64,000 bases of DNA. It comes from Cyanophora paradoxa CCMP329. Taxonomy: Eukaryota; Plantae; Glaucophyta. Of this stretch, positions 49,801 to 61,019 are shown piece after piece; positions within the stretch are counted from its first letter, which is position 1, and the number at the start of each line of letters is the position of its first letter. The position numbers and the translations under genes were made by a program. The notes under the pieces were generated by a model. That model worked only from the letters and a program-made list of their open reading frames with translations, searched no databases and was not told the origin of the DNA. The stretch covers positions 248,001-312,000 of the forward strand of contig QPMI01000409.1 in the NCBI GenBank assembly GCA_004431415.1, read 5' to 3'.

Positions 49801-51024
49801 CCCCCGCCCCGCCCCGCCCCGGCCTCGCATCAGTTCACGTCGCATCGAGGCTCACCTTGAAGTCGAAGAAGCGGACGAAGCCCTCCTCGCCGCCCGTCAC
49901 GACGAACTGCGCGGGGGCGTGGCGCGTCAGGCCCCCGGGGGGCGGCCCGCCCCGCGCCGCGCCGCGCCGCCCCGCGCGCCTGGTTGATGCAGGTGAGCAC
50001 GTTGATCGGCGAGTTGTGCACCCTGCCGCCCGGCCCGTCAGCATGCATGCAGGCGGCCAGGGGCGCGGGCGCGGGGCGGGCGGCACCGGACGATCTTGAC
50101 GGCCTTCTTGTCGGTCTGGCGGGCGCCCTCCTCGCCGGCGCCGACCTGGTCCCAGAGCAGGATGTCGCCGTCCTGCGTCCCTGTGCACGCCTGCTCCGTG
50201 CCCGGCAGGAAGAGCGACTGCGTGAAGAGGCCGACGGCCTGCTTGATCTCCTTGGAGGAGACGGGCGGGGAGTAGAACTTGAGGGCGGCGCCCTCGAGCT
50301 GCCAGAAGATGACGCGCTTGAGGCCGTTGGTGACGATCTGGGCCTTGTCCTCGGGGTGGATGAGCACGAAGGTCTGGAGGTCCTTGGCCGTCACCTCGGC
50401 GGTGGCGAGCGGGGCGGTCGACTCCGAGCTCCAGTCCCAGATGCTGATCTGCTGCGCGTCGCCCTCCACCTCGACCGCGCTGAGCGAGACGATCCACTGC
50501 GAGTCGGCGGAGATGTCCAGCGCGATGACCCCCGCCGGGTGCGGCTGGAAGATCGTCTTCAGCGGCGTCCCCGTGTACGAGTCCCACACCACGATCATGC
50601 TGTCCGGCCCGCTGTCCGCCGTCACGAGCCACCGCCTGTCCGCGCTCGCGCACAGGCAGGTGATCTGGTTGCACTGTGCGGGGGCGCCGGCTTAGCTATA
50701 CCGCGGCGGGTGGCGCAGGCGCGAGCGACCGACGCACGTGTCCCTGCAGCGCCTTCTGCTTATGGTTTGCGAGGTCGTAGATGATCCCTGTGTGTGCTGC
50801 TGCGTAGAACATCGCCTGCGCCCGCGTTCAGCTCTCCAGTTCGAGCGGGAGGCGTGGCGGTCCTTACTCGACGCTTCCCATCCGCGAGGTTCTGCACGCC
50901 CCCTGGGATGTCATAGTTGAAGCCGAACGACCAGCGCAAACCCTGCGCCAGTCAGGCGTATTCCGACGAGATGGGACGCCCGCGGCCGGCGCACCAGCGC
51001 CTGGTTGTCCACTGGCGCGGGCAT
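46818..51024 (-). CDS. CFAP251: Cilia/flagella-associated WD40 + EF-hand-like protein CFAP251 (WDR66)
   Basis: LRWSFGFN, QKALQGH|CNQITCLCASADRRWLVTADSGPDSMIVVWDSYTGTP, CRRTLLGPTYGGP, GLVKMPLDGNP, DYFYYAQ|LRAQGE, LMRALGFYPT|EREVEEIVNEMKY, YVNHRP. Confidence 0.92.
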
Positions 51025-51264
51025 CGTCGCTAAGCTAAAGCGTAGCTAAAGCGTGCGCGTGGTCGCGGCCAGGCCGCCGTAGCTTGTAGTTTCCGCCCTG
51101 CGGGCCTGTGCCGTCGGAAGCAGCCTCGTGCCGTGCAGCGGTCTTGCTACAGGGTTTTGCTGCGATGCCGTTCGCTCCAGAGAGCGCGGGATTTCGAGTT
51201 CTCCTTTCGTCGCGTCTCGGGTGTACCCCTCGGCGAAGCCGCAAACCCCGCCAGTCGACTCCGC

Positions 51265-52407
51265 ATGCCGGGCTCCGCGGCGCCCGCTGATTCGGGGCAT
51301 CTGGGCGGCATGCTTCACGGCGGCGCTGCCCCCGGCGAGCAGACGTCGGATGGGCTCGCGCTGGAAGTCTGCAAGCTCGCCGCCGTGCGCGAACCGCTTT
51401 CTGTCCCCCGTTCTCCGCTTCACTGACCCCGGCGCACGCGCCGCTCAAGCGCAGGCCGGCAATTACCAGCGCCAGCTCTCTTTCTATGTCAACGGCGTCC
51501 AGAAGACGGTCCAGCAGCCGGAGCCCGAGCAGACGCTGCTCAGTTACCTGCGCAATATCCTTCGACCGCTAGCGCCCGCCCTGCGCTCAGATGCAAGGGA
51601 CACCCCTTGACCGCGCGGGCACCGAGCGGTTTGACAGGATCGAAGCTCGGATGCGGTGAAGGCGGCTGCGGGGCGTGCACGGTGATGGTCAGCCACTTTG
51701 ATTCCAAGCTCGGCAAGCCTGTGTACGCAAGCCGGCCGGGCGCGCGCGGCGCGGCATGCACGACGTTCTGAGGCGGCGCGCGCAACCGCGGGGCGTGCAG
51801 GCACCGGGCTGTGAACGCGTGCCTCGCTCCGCTGTGCTCCGTCGACGGGATGGCGGTGACGACCGTCGAGGGCATCGGCAGCACGCTCCGCGGGCTCCAC
51901 CCCGTCCAGGCGCGCGCCCCGCGCCGCCCCGCCCGCCGCCTCGAGCGCCCCGCAGGAGCGGATGGCGAACGCGCACGGGAGCCAATGCGGCTTCTGCACG
52001 CCGGGCATCGTCATGGCGATGTACACTCTCCTGCGGAACAACCCGCGCCCCACGCGCGCCCAGATCGAGGGCGCCCTCGACGGTGCGGCCTTCGAATTCG
52101 ATGCGGGGCGCTCGGGTGGGGGGCGCTGAGGGGGCGGCAGGGAACCTGTGCCGGTGCACGGGGTACCGGCCCATCCTGGACGCCTTCAAGTCCTTCGCGG
52201 TGGACGGCCCCGGCGAGCCGCAGCAGGGGGAAGAGAGGGGCGAGGGGCCCGCCTGCGGCCGCCCCGGCGGCTGCTGCGGGGGAGGCGGCCCCGGGCCGCA
52301 GACCCTCGGCAAGGGCGAGGAGGCGTGGGCCGCCTCGCGCCCCGGCGTCGCCCCGCCGGGCGTCAAGATCTGCCCCAGCACCGGCCGCCCCTGCGACTGC
52401 GGAGCCC

Positions 52408-52442
<35 letters not shown>

Positions 52443-52895
52443 CCGGAAGAGGTAGCCGCCCCGGCCCCCCGCTCACCGAAACGCCGGCTCACCGAGCCGC
52501 CCGCGGGGCCAGGTGCCGAACGCGGAGCCAATCTTCCCGCCGGCGCTGGTGCGGGCGGCGCCGCGGGCGCTGCTGCTGCGGGGCCGGCGCGCGGCCTGGC
52601 TCCGGCCCCTCTCCCTCCGCGACCTGCTCGCCATCAAGGCCCGCCCCGCCCTCCCCCGTTCTCCTCCTCCCTCTCTCACGCGCGCCCGGGGGGGGCGATG
52701 AGCAGAAGGCGCACCCGACGGCGCGCATCGTCTGCGGGAACACCGAGGCGCGCCCCCGCTCCCCTGGCCCTCGGCCTCCAGACGCGACCCCCGCCGCGCA
52801 GGTGGGGGTCGAGCAGAAGTTCAAGGGGACGGTGTACCCCCTCCACGTCGCCGCCACGCACGTCCCCGAGCTCTGCGAGGTTCTACCCCCTCTCA

Positions 52896-52929
<34 letters not shown>

Positions 52930-55900
52930 ACCGGGCGGGGTGGCAGATCGAGGAGGAGGAGGGCGGGGCGGCCGTGCGGTTCGGCGCCTCCGTGACCCTC
53001 TCCCAGGTGCCCCCGCGCACCCCCCCTCCCAGATCAATTCGGCCGTAGGCGCTTCTCCAGCTCGCCGGCCGGCTGAGCGCCGGCGGCGCCTGCGCCTCGC
53101 TCGCAGCTGGAGCACTTCCTCCAGGGCTTCGTCGCGCGCCGCCCCGTCCGCCCCCCTCCTCCCCCCTCCCCCCCTCCCCCCCTCCTAAAGGAGCGTACGG
53201 GCAGGCGGGGGAGGGGTGGACGGCGCTGGCGGTGCTGGAGCAGCTGCGCTGGTTCGCCTCCACCCAGATCCGCAACGGTCCGCAGCGCGCGCCCCCGCGC
53301 CCCGCCTCCGCTCTGCTGGTCGCCTCCGACGGCGGGTGCCGGGGCGGGGCAGTGGCGTCGGTGGCGGGGAACGTGGTGACGGCGTCGCCCATCTCCGACC
53401 TCAACCCCGTCTACGTCGCTGCCGTGCGCTGCAGGCCCCGCGCGAGTTTCGTCCGAGCGCGAGCGCCCCACCCTCGCTCGCTGGCGGCAGGGGGCGACCT
53501 TCCGCGTGGCCTCGCTCGACGGCGGCGAGCGCGAGGTCCCCGCCGCCCCCGCCGGCCCCGCCGCCCCCGCCGCCCCCTCCTCCTCTTAAGCTAAGCTAAG
53601 CTCCGCCCCCCCCGGGCGGCAGGTGCCGGCGGGGGAGTTCTTCACGGGGTACCGGACGACGGCGCTGCGGCCCGACGAGCTCCTCCTCTCCGTCCGCCTG
53701 CCGGCCTCCCGCCCCGGCGAGTTCTTCGCCGCCTACAAGCAGGCCCGCCGCAGGGTCCGCCCCCCTTTCTTGTCCTCCTCCACTCGCCCCCTCTCAGCGC
53801 GGGGCGGCGCAGGACGACGACATCGCGATCGTGACCGCCGCATTCCGCGTCCGCCTCTCCCCGCCGGATCCGAGGGGCGGGGCGGGGGGCCCCTGGGTCG
53901 TCGCCGAGCTCTGCGCCTCGTACGGCGGGATGGCCCCGCGCACGGTCGCCGCCCCGCGGCTCGCGGCGGCGCTGCGGGGCCGGCCGTGGGACGAGCGGGC
54001 GCTGGAGGCGGGGCTGGCGGCCATCCCCCTCGACCTGCCCCTCCCCGAGGGCGCCCCGGGGGGCATGGTCGAGTACCGCCGCTCCCTCGCCACCTCCTTC
54101 TTCTTCAAGGTCTCCCGTCGCTATTACGAACTTGTTGCTTCTGCTTGCCGGTAAAGCTGCGCGCAGTTCTTCTGGACGGCGGCGGCGCGGCTCGGGGAGG
54201 GGGCCCCCGGGGCGACCGTGGCCCCCGCGCCGCCCGCGGAGCTGCGGTCGGCCCTCGAGCCCCTGACGCGGCCCCCGACCTCGGGCCTCCAGCACTACGA
54301 CGCCTCCAGGCGCGCCGCGCCGCCTGCTCTCCTGCGCTCGCTCCCTCCCCTCCCTCCCGAAGCCGCCCCTCTTTCGCCTCAGCGGGGAGAGCGCGGTGGG
54401 GAAGCCGACGAAGCACGCGGCGGCGGAGCTGCACGTGACGGGCGAGGCGCAGTACGCCGTGCGCCCGGCCCGCCCCGCGCCCGACCCCGCCCGGCCCGAG
54501 CCGCAGGGCGCCCGCCCCCCGCCCTCGCCTGACCGGAACGGCCCCCCGGCCTCCTGCTGCAGGACGACATCCCGAACCCGCCGGGCGGCCTCTACGGCGC
54601 CCTCGTCCTCAGCACCCGCGCACACGCCCGCATCCTGTGCGCCCCCAACCACGCGCCCGATCGCCCCGGCGCGGCGCGGTGACGGCGGGGGCGGGGGCGG
54701 GCAGGCGCGTGGACGCGGCGGAGGCGCTGGCGATGCCGGGCGTGGCCGCCTACTTCGGCGCCGCCGACGTCCCGGGCTCCAACAGGCGCCCTCCGAGCCG
54801 GCCTGAGCCGACCCGAGCTGACCTGAGCCGGGGCCGGGCAGGATGGGCCCCGTCGAGGAGGACGAGGAGGTCTTTGCCTCCGAGGAGGTCCACTGCCACG
54901 GTACCCCCGCTCCCCGGCCCGGCCGCGCGGCGCCCTCAGGCCGGCGGCAGGGCAGGTGGTCGGGGTGGTGGCGGCGGGGACGGCGGAGGAGGCGGCGGCG
55001 GCGGCGCGGGCCGTGCGGGTCGAGTACGAGGACCTCCCCGCCCTCCTCTCCATCGAGGCGCGCCCCGCAGGCGGCGGCGCAGCGAGCGGGGTCGAGGCCG
55101 CCTCGGGCCTGACGCCGCGGCGGCGGGCGGGGGCGCGCAGGAGGCGATCGCGGCGGGCTCGTGGCTGACGCCGGAGAAGCGCATCGAGCGGGGCGACGTC
55201 GCCGCCGCCCTCGCCGCCGCCCACCGCGTCATCGAGGGTGCCCACGCGCCCGCCCCCGCCGGATGCGTCGCATCCCCGCCGGCGGTCCTGTGCGAGCTGC
55301 TCGCGCCTCACCGCCCGCCTCGCGCCCGGGGCGCGCAGGGGAGGTGCGGATCGGGGGCCAGGAGCACTTCTACCTCGAGACGCAGGCCCGCCCTCGCGGC
55401 GCGGCGCAGAGCGGGCGGCTCGGGTGTGCCGGCGGCGTGCCCTGACGGGCGGCCGCGCAGGCGACGCTGGCGGTGCCGGGGGAGTCGCGCGAGATGACCC
55501 TCGTCTCCTCCACCCAGAACCCCTCCAAGACCCAGGCGCGCCCCGCCGGGCCGGGCGGGGCGGTAGCCGCCACCGCCGCAGCCGCCGCTGAGATCTAGGG
55601 GGGCGCAGTTCATGGTGGCGAAGGTGCTGGGGGTGCCCGACAACCGAGTCGTCTGCAAGGTCAAGCGCATGGGCGGCGGCTTCGGCGGCAAGGGTCCGCT
55701 ACCCCCCCGCGCGCGCCCCGCCCCTCCTCGCTGCCCCCGCCGCGCGGCCGAGTTGCCTCTGCGCGCGTAACGCACCGCGGCGGGGCGGGGGCAGAGACGC
55801 GGAGCATCTTCGTGGCGGCGGCGGCGGCGGTGGCGGCGGCGCGGCTGCGGCGGCCCGTCCGCATCGCCCTCGACCGCGACGTCGACATGGCCACCTCCGG

Positions 55901-58900
55901 TCCGCCCCGCCCCGCCCCGCCGCCCCCGGCCCGGCCCCGCCCCGCCTTCGCCCGCCGAAGGAGAGCACGCCCATTGAAATAGATCTCGAGGCATTCCTCG
56001 TCTAAATTCTAGAAGAGCGGAAGCGCCGGGGGCCCGGTGTGCGTCGTCGGCTGATGCGGGAGGGACGGACGGGCGCAGGGACGCGGCACCCGTTCCTGGG
56101 GCGGTACCGGCTGGGGGTGGCGGCGGACGGGCGCGTGCTCGCCTTCGACGTCGCCCTCTTCAGGCGCGCGGGAGCCTTGGAGGGGATGGCGGGCGCGCCC
56201 AGCCCTCGCGCTGACGCGGCGGCGCGGCGCCCCCCGCAGCAACGGCGGCTGCTCCGCGGACCTCTCCTCCTCCGTCCTCGAGGCGCGCCCGCCCGAGCCC
56301 GAGGCCTCCCGCGCGCCCGGGCCGGCGCTGAAGTGCCGGGGCGGGGCGGGGCGGCAGCGTGCGATGTTCCACGTGGAGAACTCGTACAACATCCCCAACC
56401 TGCGCGTTGTCGGCCGCGGTCCGCCTCGCCCCGACCCGCCCTGCCCCGGCGGGCCCCTCTTGATGGGGAGCGGGGCGGGGGGCAGGGTGCCGGACGAACC
56501 TGCCCTCGAACACGGCCTTCCGGGGCTTCGGCGGCCCGCAGGTCCCCCACCGCCCCGCCCCGCTCTCTCCCCTCGCCCACCCCCGCCGCCCCCGCCACCC
56601 CCGCCGCCGCCGCCGCCGCAGGGGATGTTCGTGTGCGAGGCGGCGATGGACCGCGCCGCGCACGCCCTCGGCCTCGACCCCGCCGCCTTCCGCGTCCGCC
56701 CGCCCCCTCGCCCTCCCGAGCGCGCGATCACGGCCTCGGCGCGAGCGCAGGAGGCGAACCTGTACCGGGAGGGGGACCGCACGCACTACGGGATGGCCCT
56801 CGAGGGCTGCCACGCCCCCCGCATCTGGGCCGACCTCAAGGTTCGTACCCCGGAGCCGCGGCGGCCGGCCCAGGAGACGGCTAGATCTAGAGGGGCGCGT
56901 TGGGCGGGCGCGCTGGGCGGGCGCTGGGTGGGGCCTCGGATTGCCTCTCCGGCACCCCGCCCCTCGCTCGCGCCCTCCCGCCGACCATCCAGCTCCTTCG
57001 CCCCGCAGGCCTCGTCGGACTACGAGGCGCGCCGCGCCGCCGCCGCCGCCTTCAACGCCGCCAACAGGTGCCTCCGCCCCCGCCCCCGCCCCGCTGTGCT
57101 GAGCTCGGGCGAGCCCCGGCTGAGCGTCTGCGCCCAGGTACCGCAAGCGGGGGGTCTACATGCTCCCCGTCAAGTTCGGCATGTCGTTCACCTTCCGCAC
57201 CCTCAACCAGGCGCCCCTCCCGCCCCAGCCGGCCCCACCGGCCGCGTCTGAAAGCCTAGGCGTTCTCCCTCCTCAGGCGGGTGCGCTGGTGCACGTGTAC
57301 CTGGACGGCACGGTCCTCGTCACGCACGCCGGCACCGAGATGGGCCAGGGCCTCCACACCAAGGCGCCCGGCCCCTCCCCCCGCGCCTCGCCGCCCGCTC
57401 GGGTCGCGGTCGCCGAGGGCGCGGCCCGCGGGGGGCAGGTGTGCCAGGTGGCGGCGGACGCGCTGGGCGTGCCCCTCGCCTCCGTCTACATCGCCGAGAC
57501 CTCCACCGACAAGGCCCGCCCCGCGCCGGAGCAGCGCCGCCTTGCGCCTGACGCTCGCGCAGGTCCCCAACACGTCCCCGACCGCCGCCTCTGTCGGCTC
57601 CGGTGCGCCCCGCCCCGCCCCGCCCCGCCCCGCCCCGCCACCCCCGCCAAAGCCCAAAACCCGAAGCTCAAGCCCCTCCTCACGGGCTCTCCCCGCAGAC
57701 ATGAACGGGATGGCCGTGCTCGACGCCTGCCGCCAGGTGCCGCAAGGCCGACAGCCCCCGCCCCCTCGCCGGCCAGGCTCGGCTCCGGGCTCACCGCGCG
57801 GGCCGGCGGCCGCCTGCCCGGGCAGATCAAGGAGCGGCTGGCGCCCATCGCCGCGGCCCGCCCCGGGGCCTCCTGGCAGGAGGTGCCGCCCCGCCCCTGC
57901 CTCCCCGCTGCCTCGACGTGACCAACCCCGGCCCTCTGCTTCGCCCCCTGGAACCAGATCGTGCACGCGGCGTGGCTGGAGCGGGTGGACCTCAGCGCCC
58001 ACGGCTTCTACCGCACCCCGGACATCGGCTACGGTCCGGATCCGCCCCCCGGCCCGCCTGCGCCGCGGCCGCGGGGGGCCGACGGTCGACGCTGGGCGCG
58101 TGGGCAGACTGGGCGACGAACACGGGGAACCCGTTCTACTACTTCTGCTACGGGGCGGCCGTCGCCGAGGTCGAGCTCGACGCCCTCACCGGTGCCCCCC
58201 CGAGCCCTCCGCCGCCCCCGCCCCCGCCCTCACCGGTACCCCGCAGGGGAGCACGCTGTGCTGCGGGCGGACGTGCTGCACGACGTGGGGGCCTCGCTCA
58301 ACCCCGCCATCGACGTCGGCCAGGTCGAGGGCGCCTTCGTCCAGGGCTACGGCCTCTTCGCCCTCGAGCAGACCCTCTGGCTCCCCACCGGCGCCGCCTT
58401 CACCCGCGGCGTCCGTCGCCCCCGCCCCGCCCCCGCCCGCCCCCGCCCGCCCCGCCCCCCACCTAGAGGGAAGATCTAGACGAGCGTGAGGGGAGACCAC
58501 TCCCTACGCTCCAAGCGATGATGAGGCCTAGGCCTGGGGTTTCTGACGAACACCTGGGGCCGGGCAGCCGTCGACGTACAAGATCCCGGCCTTCCGGGAC
58601 GTCCCCGCCGACTTCCGCGTCGCCCTCCTCAAGGCCCGCACGCGCACCCCCCGCCCCGCACCCTTCCCCCCAACGCGACTCTCTCGCGCAGGGGGCGCCG
58701 CACCCGCGGGTCGTCGGGTGCTCGAAGGGCGTCGGGGAGCCGCCCCTCTTCCTCGCCGCCTCCGTCTTCTTCGCTCTGAAGGAGGCGGTGCGGGCGGCGC
58801 GGGCGGAGGCGGGGTTCGAGGACGGGGACGGCGGGCGCTTCGAGTTCGACGCGCCGGCGACCTGCGAGGCCCTCGCCCTCGCCTGCTCCCGCCCCGCGCC

Positions 58901-58922
58901 CCGCCGCAGCGCCTGCTTCTGA
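51265..58922 (+). CDS. XDH: Xanthine dehydrogenase (2x[2Fe-2S], FAD and Moco domains), about 45 introns
   Basis: [68 protein letters not shown] (Glu802 equivalent), [11 protein letters not shown] (Arg880 equivalent), [11 protein letters not shown] and [12 protein letters not shown] (catalytic Glu). Confidence 0.95.
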
Positions 58923-59190
58923 GGCCCGATACCGATCGCGACGAGGCCCCCCGAAGCCCCGAGGAGGCCCGAGGCCTCCCGAGGCGTGTACATTTCTGTA
59001 CCATAATGAAAATAACACAGACCATGATCACCGACACGGCGAGGGTCCGGGCTGCGGATTCGATGATTCGGAAATTCGAACTGCGCATATGCATGCAGGG
59101 GATGGGGCCAGGGGAGTAGTACGGTAGACGCAGCGGACCTGCTGAGTGGGTCAACGAAAGACGCAGCTTCGAATTCCGATCCAGCTCCGC

Positions 59191-59376
59191 TTACTGGGCT
59201 CGCGCGTGTGCTACCGCCTCATCCTCCGCGTCGCCTCCGTCTCGTCCCGGCCCTGCCCGGCCCGTCGCCTCTTCGAATTCGATCGCGAACCGGTACCGTC
59301 GCCGCAGCTGCTCGACCTCCGCCTCGTGCGCCCGGCTCACGGCGACCAGCTCACCGGCGATATCGATGGATGAGCA
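59191..59376 (-). pseudogene. Orphan coding-like 3' gene fragment truncated by the adjacent repeat
   Basis: ...DIAGELVAVSRAHEAEVEQLRRRYRFAIEFEEATG...AQ* has host-like codon use, but the upstream sequence is the 150-bp repeat rather than further exons. Confidence 0.3.
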
Positions 59377-60690
59377 CCTAACGCGCAGGGTTTTCAGCAG
59401 CGGGACAAGAGCCGCAGATCTAGAGTGGCCTGCAAGCGGGGCACGGCCTGCAAGCGGCAGAGCGGCAGAGCACGAGTTCGAGCGGCTCAGGCGGTCGGGC
59501 AGAGCGGCAGAGCACGAGCTCGAGCGGCTCATGTGTTAAATTTGCATTAGCACAACCGTACAACACTGAAGTCGTAACGGCGACCATACCCTCACTGAAA
59601 ACTATATCCAGGAAGAGAATATGAGGACTCTCGTGTGCTGTGCCTAAACATCTACCTATATAACTAGCTATTCATCTAACTCTACCCCTGGGCTAGTCCT
59701 ATGCTAATAGGTGGGGATGGAGCGAGGGTGGTAAAGCTGGTGGGGTGGTACTGCCTGAGTGGAGAGGTGAGGAGCTTGGTGCCTCCGGTCCCGCTAGGGC
59801 CGGGGGTTCAGAGAGGATTAGGCCTCCACTTTGGCTGGGCACTCCCGCTCCGTTGCTCCCGGACTCCAGCTGTCCGCCCCCTCCCAAGTCTACCCCCCTC
59901 TCCCCCCCCGGCATGGGCCCTCCCTCCCCTGCCTGTACGCACAAATTGCCAGTGTCCTTCACACTAGCACATAAAATCCTCGAGGCCTCTCTAGCCTTTA
60001 GCTGCGGCCTGGCTGCTGGGCTGCAAGCATGGCGCCAAAATACATCGCCTGCGCCTGGTTCATCTGCATCTGCTGTGCCACCTGCTGCGGTGTCTGCTGC
60101 ATCATAAATCCCGGGAACCCCCCCGGGAGCTGGGGGGAGAGAATGGGGATCGGGGGCTGAGGCGCCGCCACCTCCACCGGAGTGTGTCCTCCGCGCCCGC
60201 CGTGGGGTCCGCCGCGTCCGCGCGTCCCGCGGCCCCGCGAGTTGCGGCCACGGGTATCGTTGCTGCTCAGCGCCGGCGCCGCTGACGTCACTGCTGTCGA
60301 GTCTATGCCCAGCTGCAGCGGCGGCCAGGATGCTGCGGGGACGCCGGCCACGACGGCAAAGAGGTCGGTCGGCGTTGCGCTGCTGCCGCCCCAGGCTGGC
60401 GCTGGCGGGGCCGTGGGAGGTACAAATGGCTGCAGCACCCGAGGGCGCTTGGCCTCCTTGGGGAAGAAAGTCTCGCGGGGGTCCGCCTCTTCCTGGTCGC
60501 GCTTGCTCCCGCGCCCGCGCCCAGCGTTCGCTGCTGCGCCGCCTAACGCGCAGGGTTTTCAGCAGCGGGACAAGAGCCGCAGAGTGGCCTGCAAGCGGGG
60601 CACGGCCTGCAAGCGGCAGAGCGGCAGAGCACGAGTTCGAGCGGCTCAGGCGGTCGGGCAGAGCGGCAGAGCACGAGCTCGAGCGGCTCA
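59377..60690. mobile_element. ~150-bp direct repeats (59377-59531 and 60542-60690) flanking ~1 kb with a low-complexity ORF; possible TE remnant
   Basis: The repeats are near identical, each with an internal ~42-bp tandem unit. The minus-strand intronless ORF 59998-60438 has an RG-rich tract. No RT, integrase or transposase is visible. Confidence 0.4.
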
Positions 60691-61019
60691 GGCGGTCGCA
60701 CGGTCAGGCGCCCGGGTACGAGAATTCGAACTCGATTCGTAGGTCTAGCTATAGGGACCCGGGAATCGTAGCCCCGACCCGATACTATGATATCGATATA
60801 TATCGATGTCCATATCGATACGTATACCGCGCACAGCTGCAGCGTGCGCAAACTGCAGCTAGACTGCACGAGTCACGAGTGACAGTATTGCGCATGCATG
60901 CATGGCCATGGGCTCTTCATTCAACTCCGCTTTTGACAAATCACATTCAAGATTACAGAGCATTACTGAGGGACAGGTAGCTCTCTGCAAGAACCAGAAG
61001 CTCATCAACACGCTGTTGT

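Noticed and set aside
51555-51630. Possible non-canonical (GA donor) intron in XDH between YLRNIL and GLTGSK
   Set aside because: A GC donor giving ...LRPGLTG or a sequencing error explains it equally well. It cannot be resolved without cDNA.
24236-58922. Nitrogen-assimilation gene cluster (AMT + kinase + XDH)
   Set aside because: AMT and XDH are about 24 kb apart with unrelated genes between them, so there is no evidence of functional clustering.
59440-59531. Repeat units resembling a CRISPR array
   Set aside because: Only two tandem units, no unique spacers, no cas genes, and a eukaryotic context.
59570-59612. GGCGACCATACC...TGAAAAC resembling a 5S rRNA 5' end
   Set aside because: The similarity is under 30 nt, with no downstream 5S structure or internal promoter boxes.
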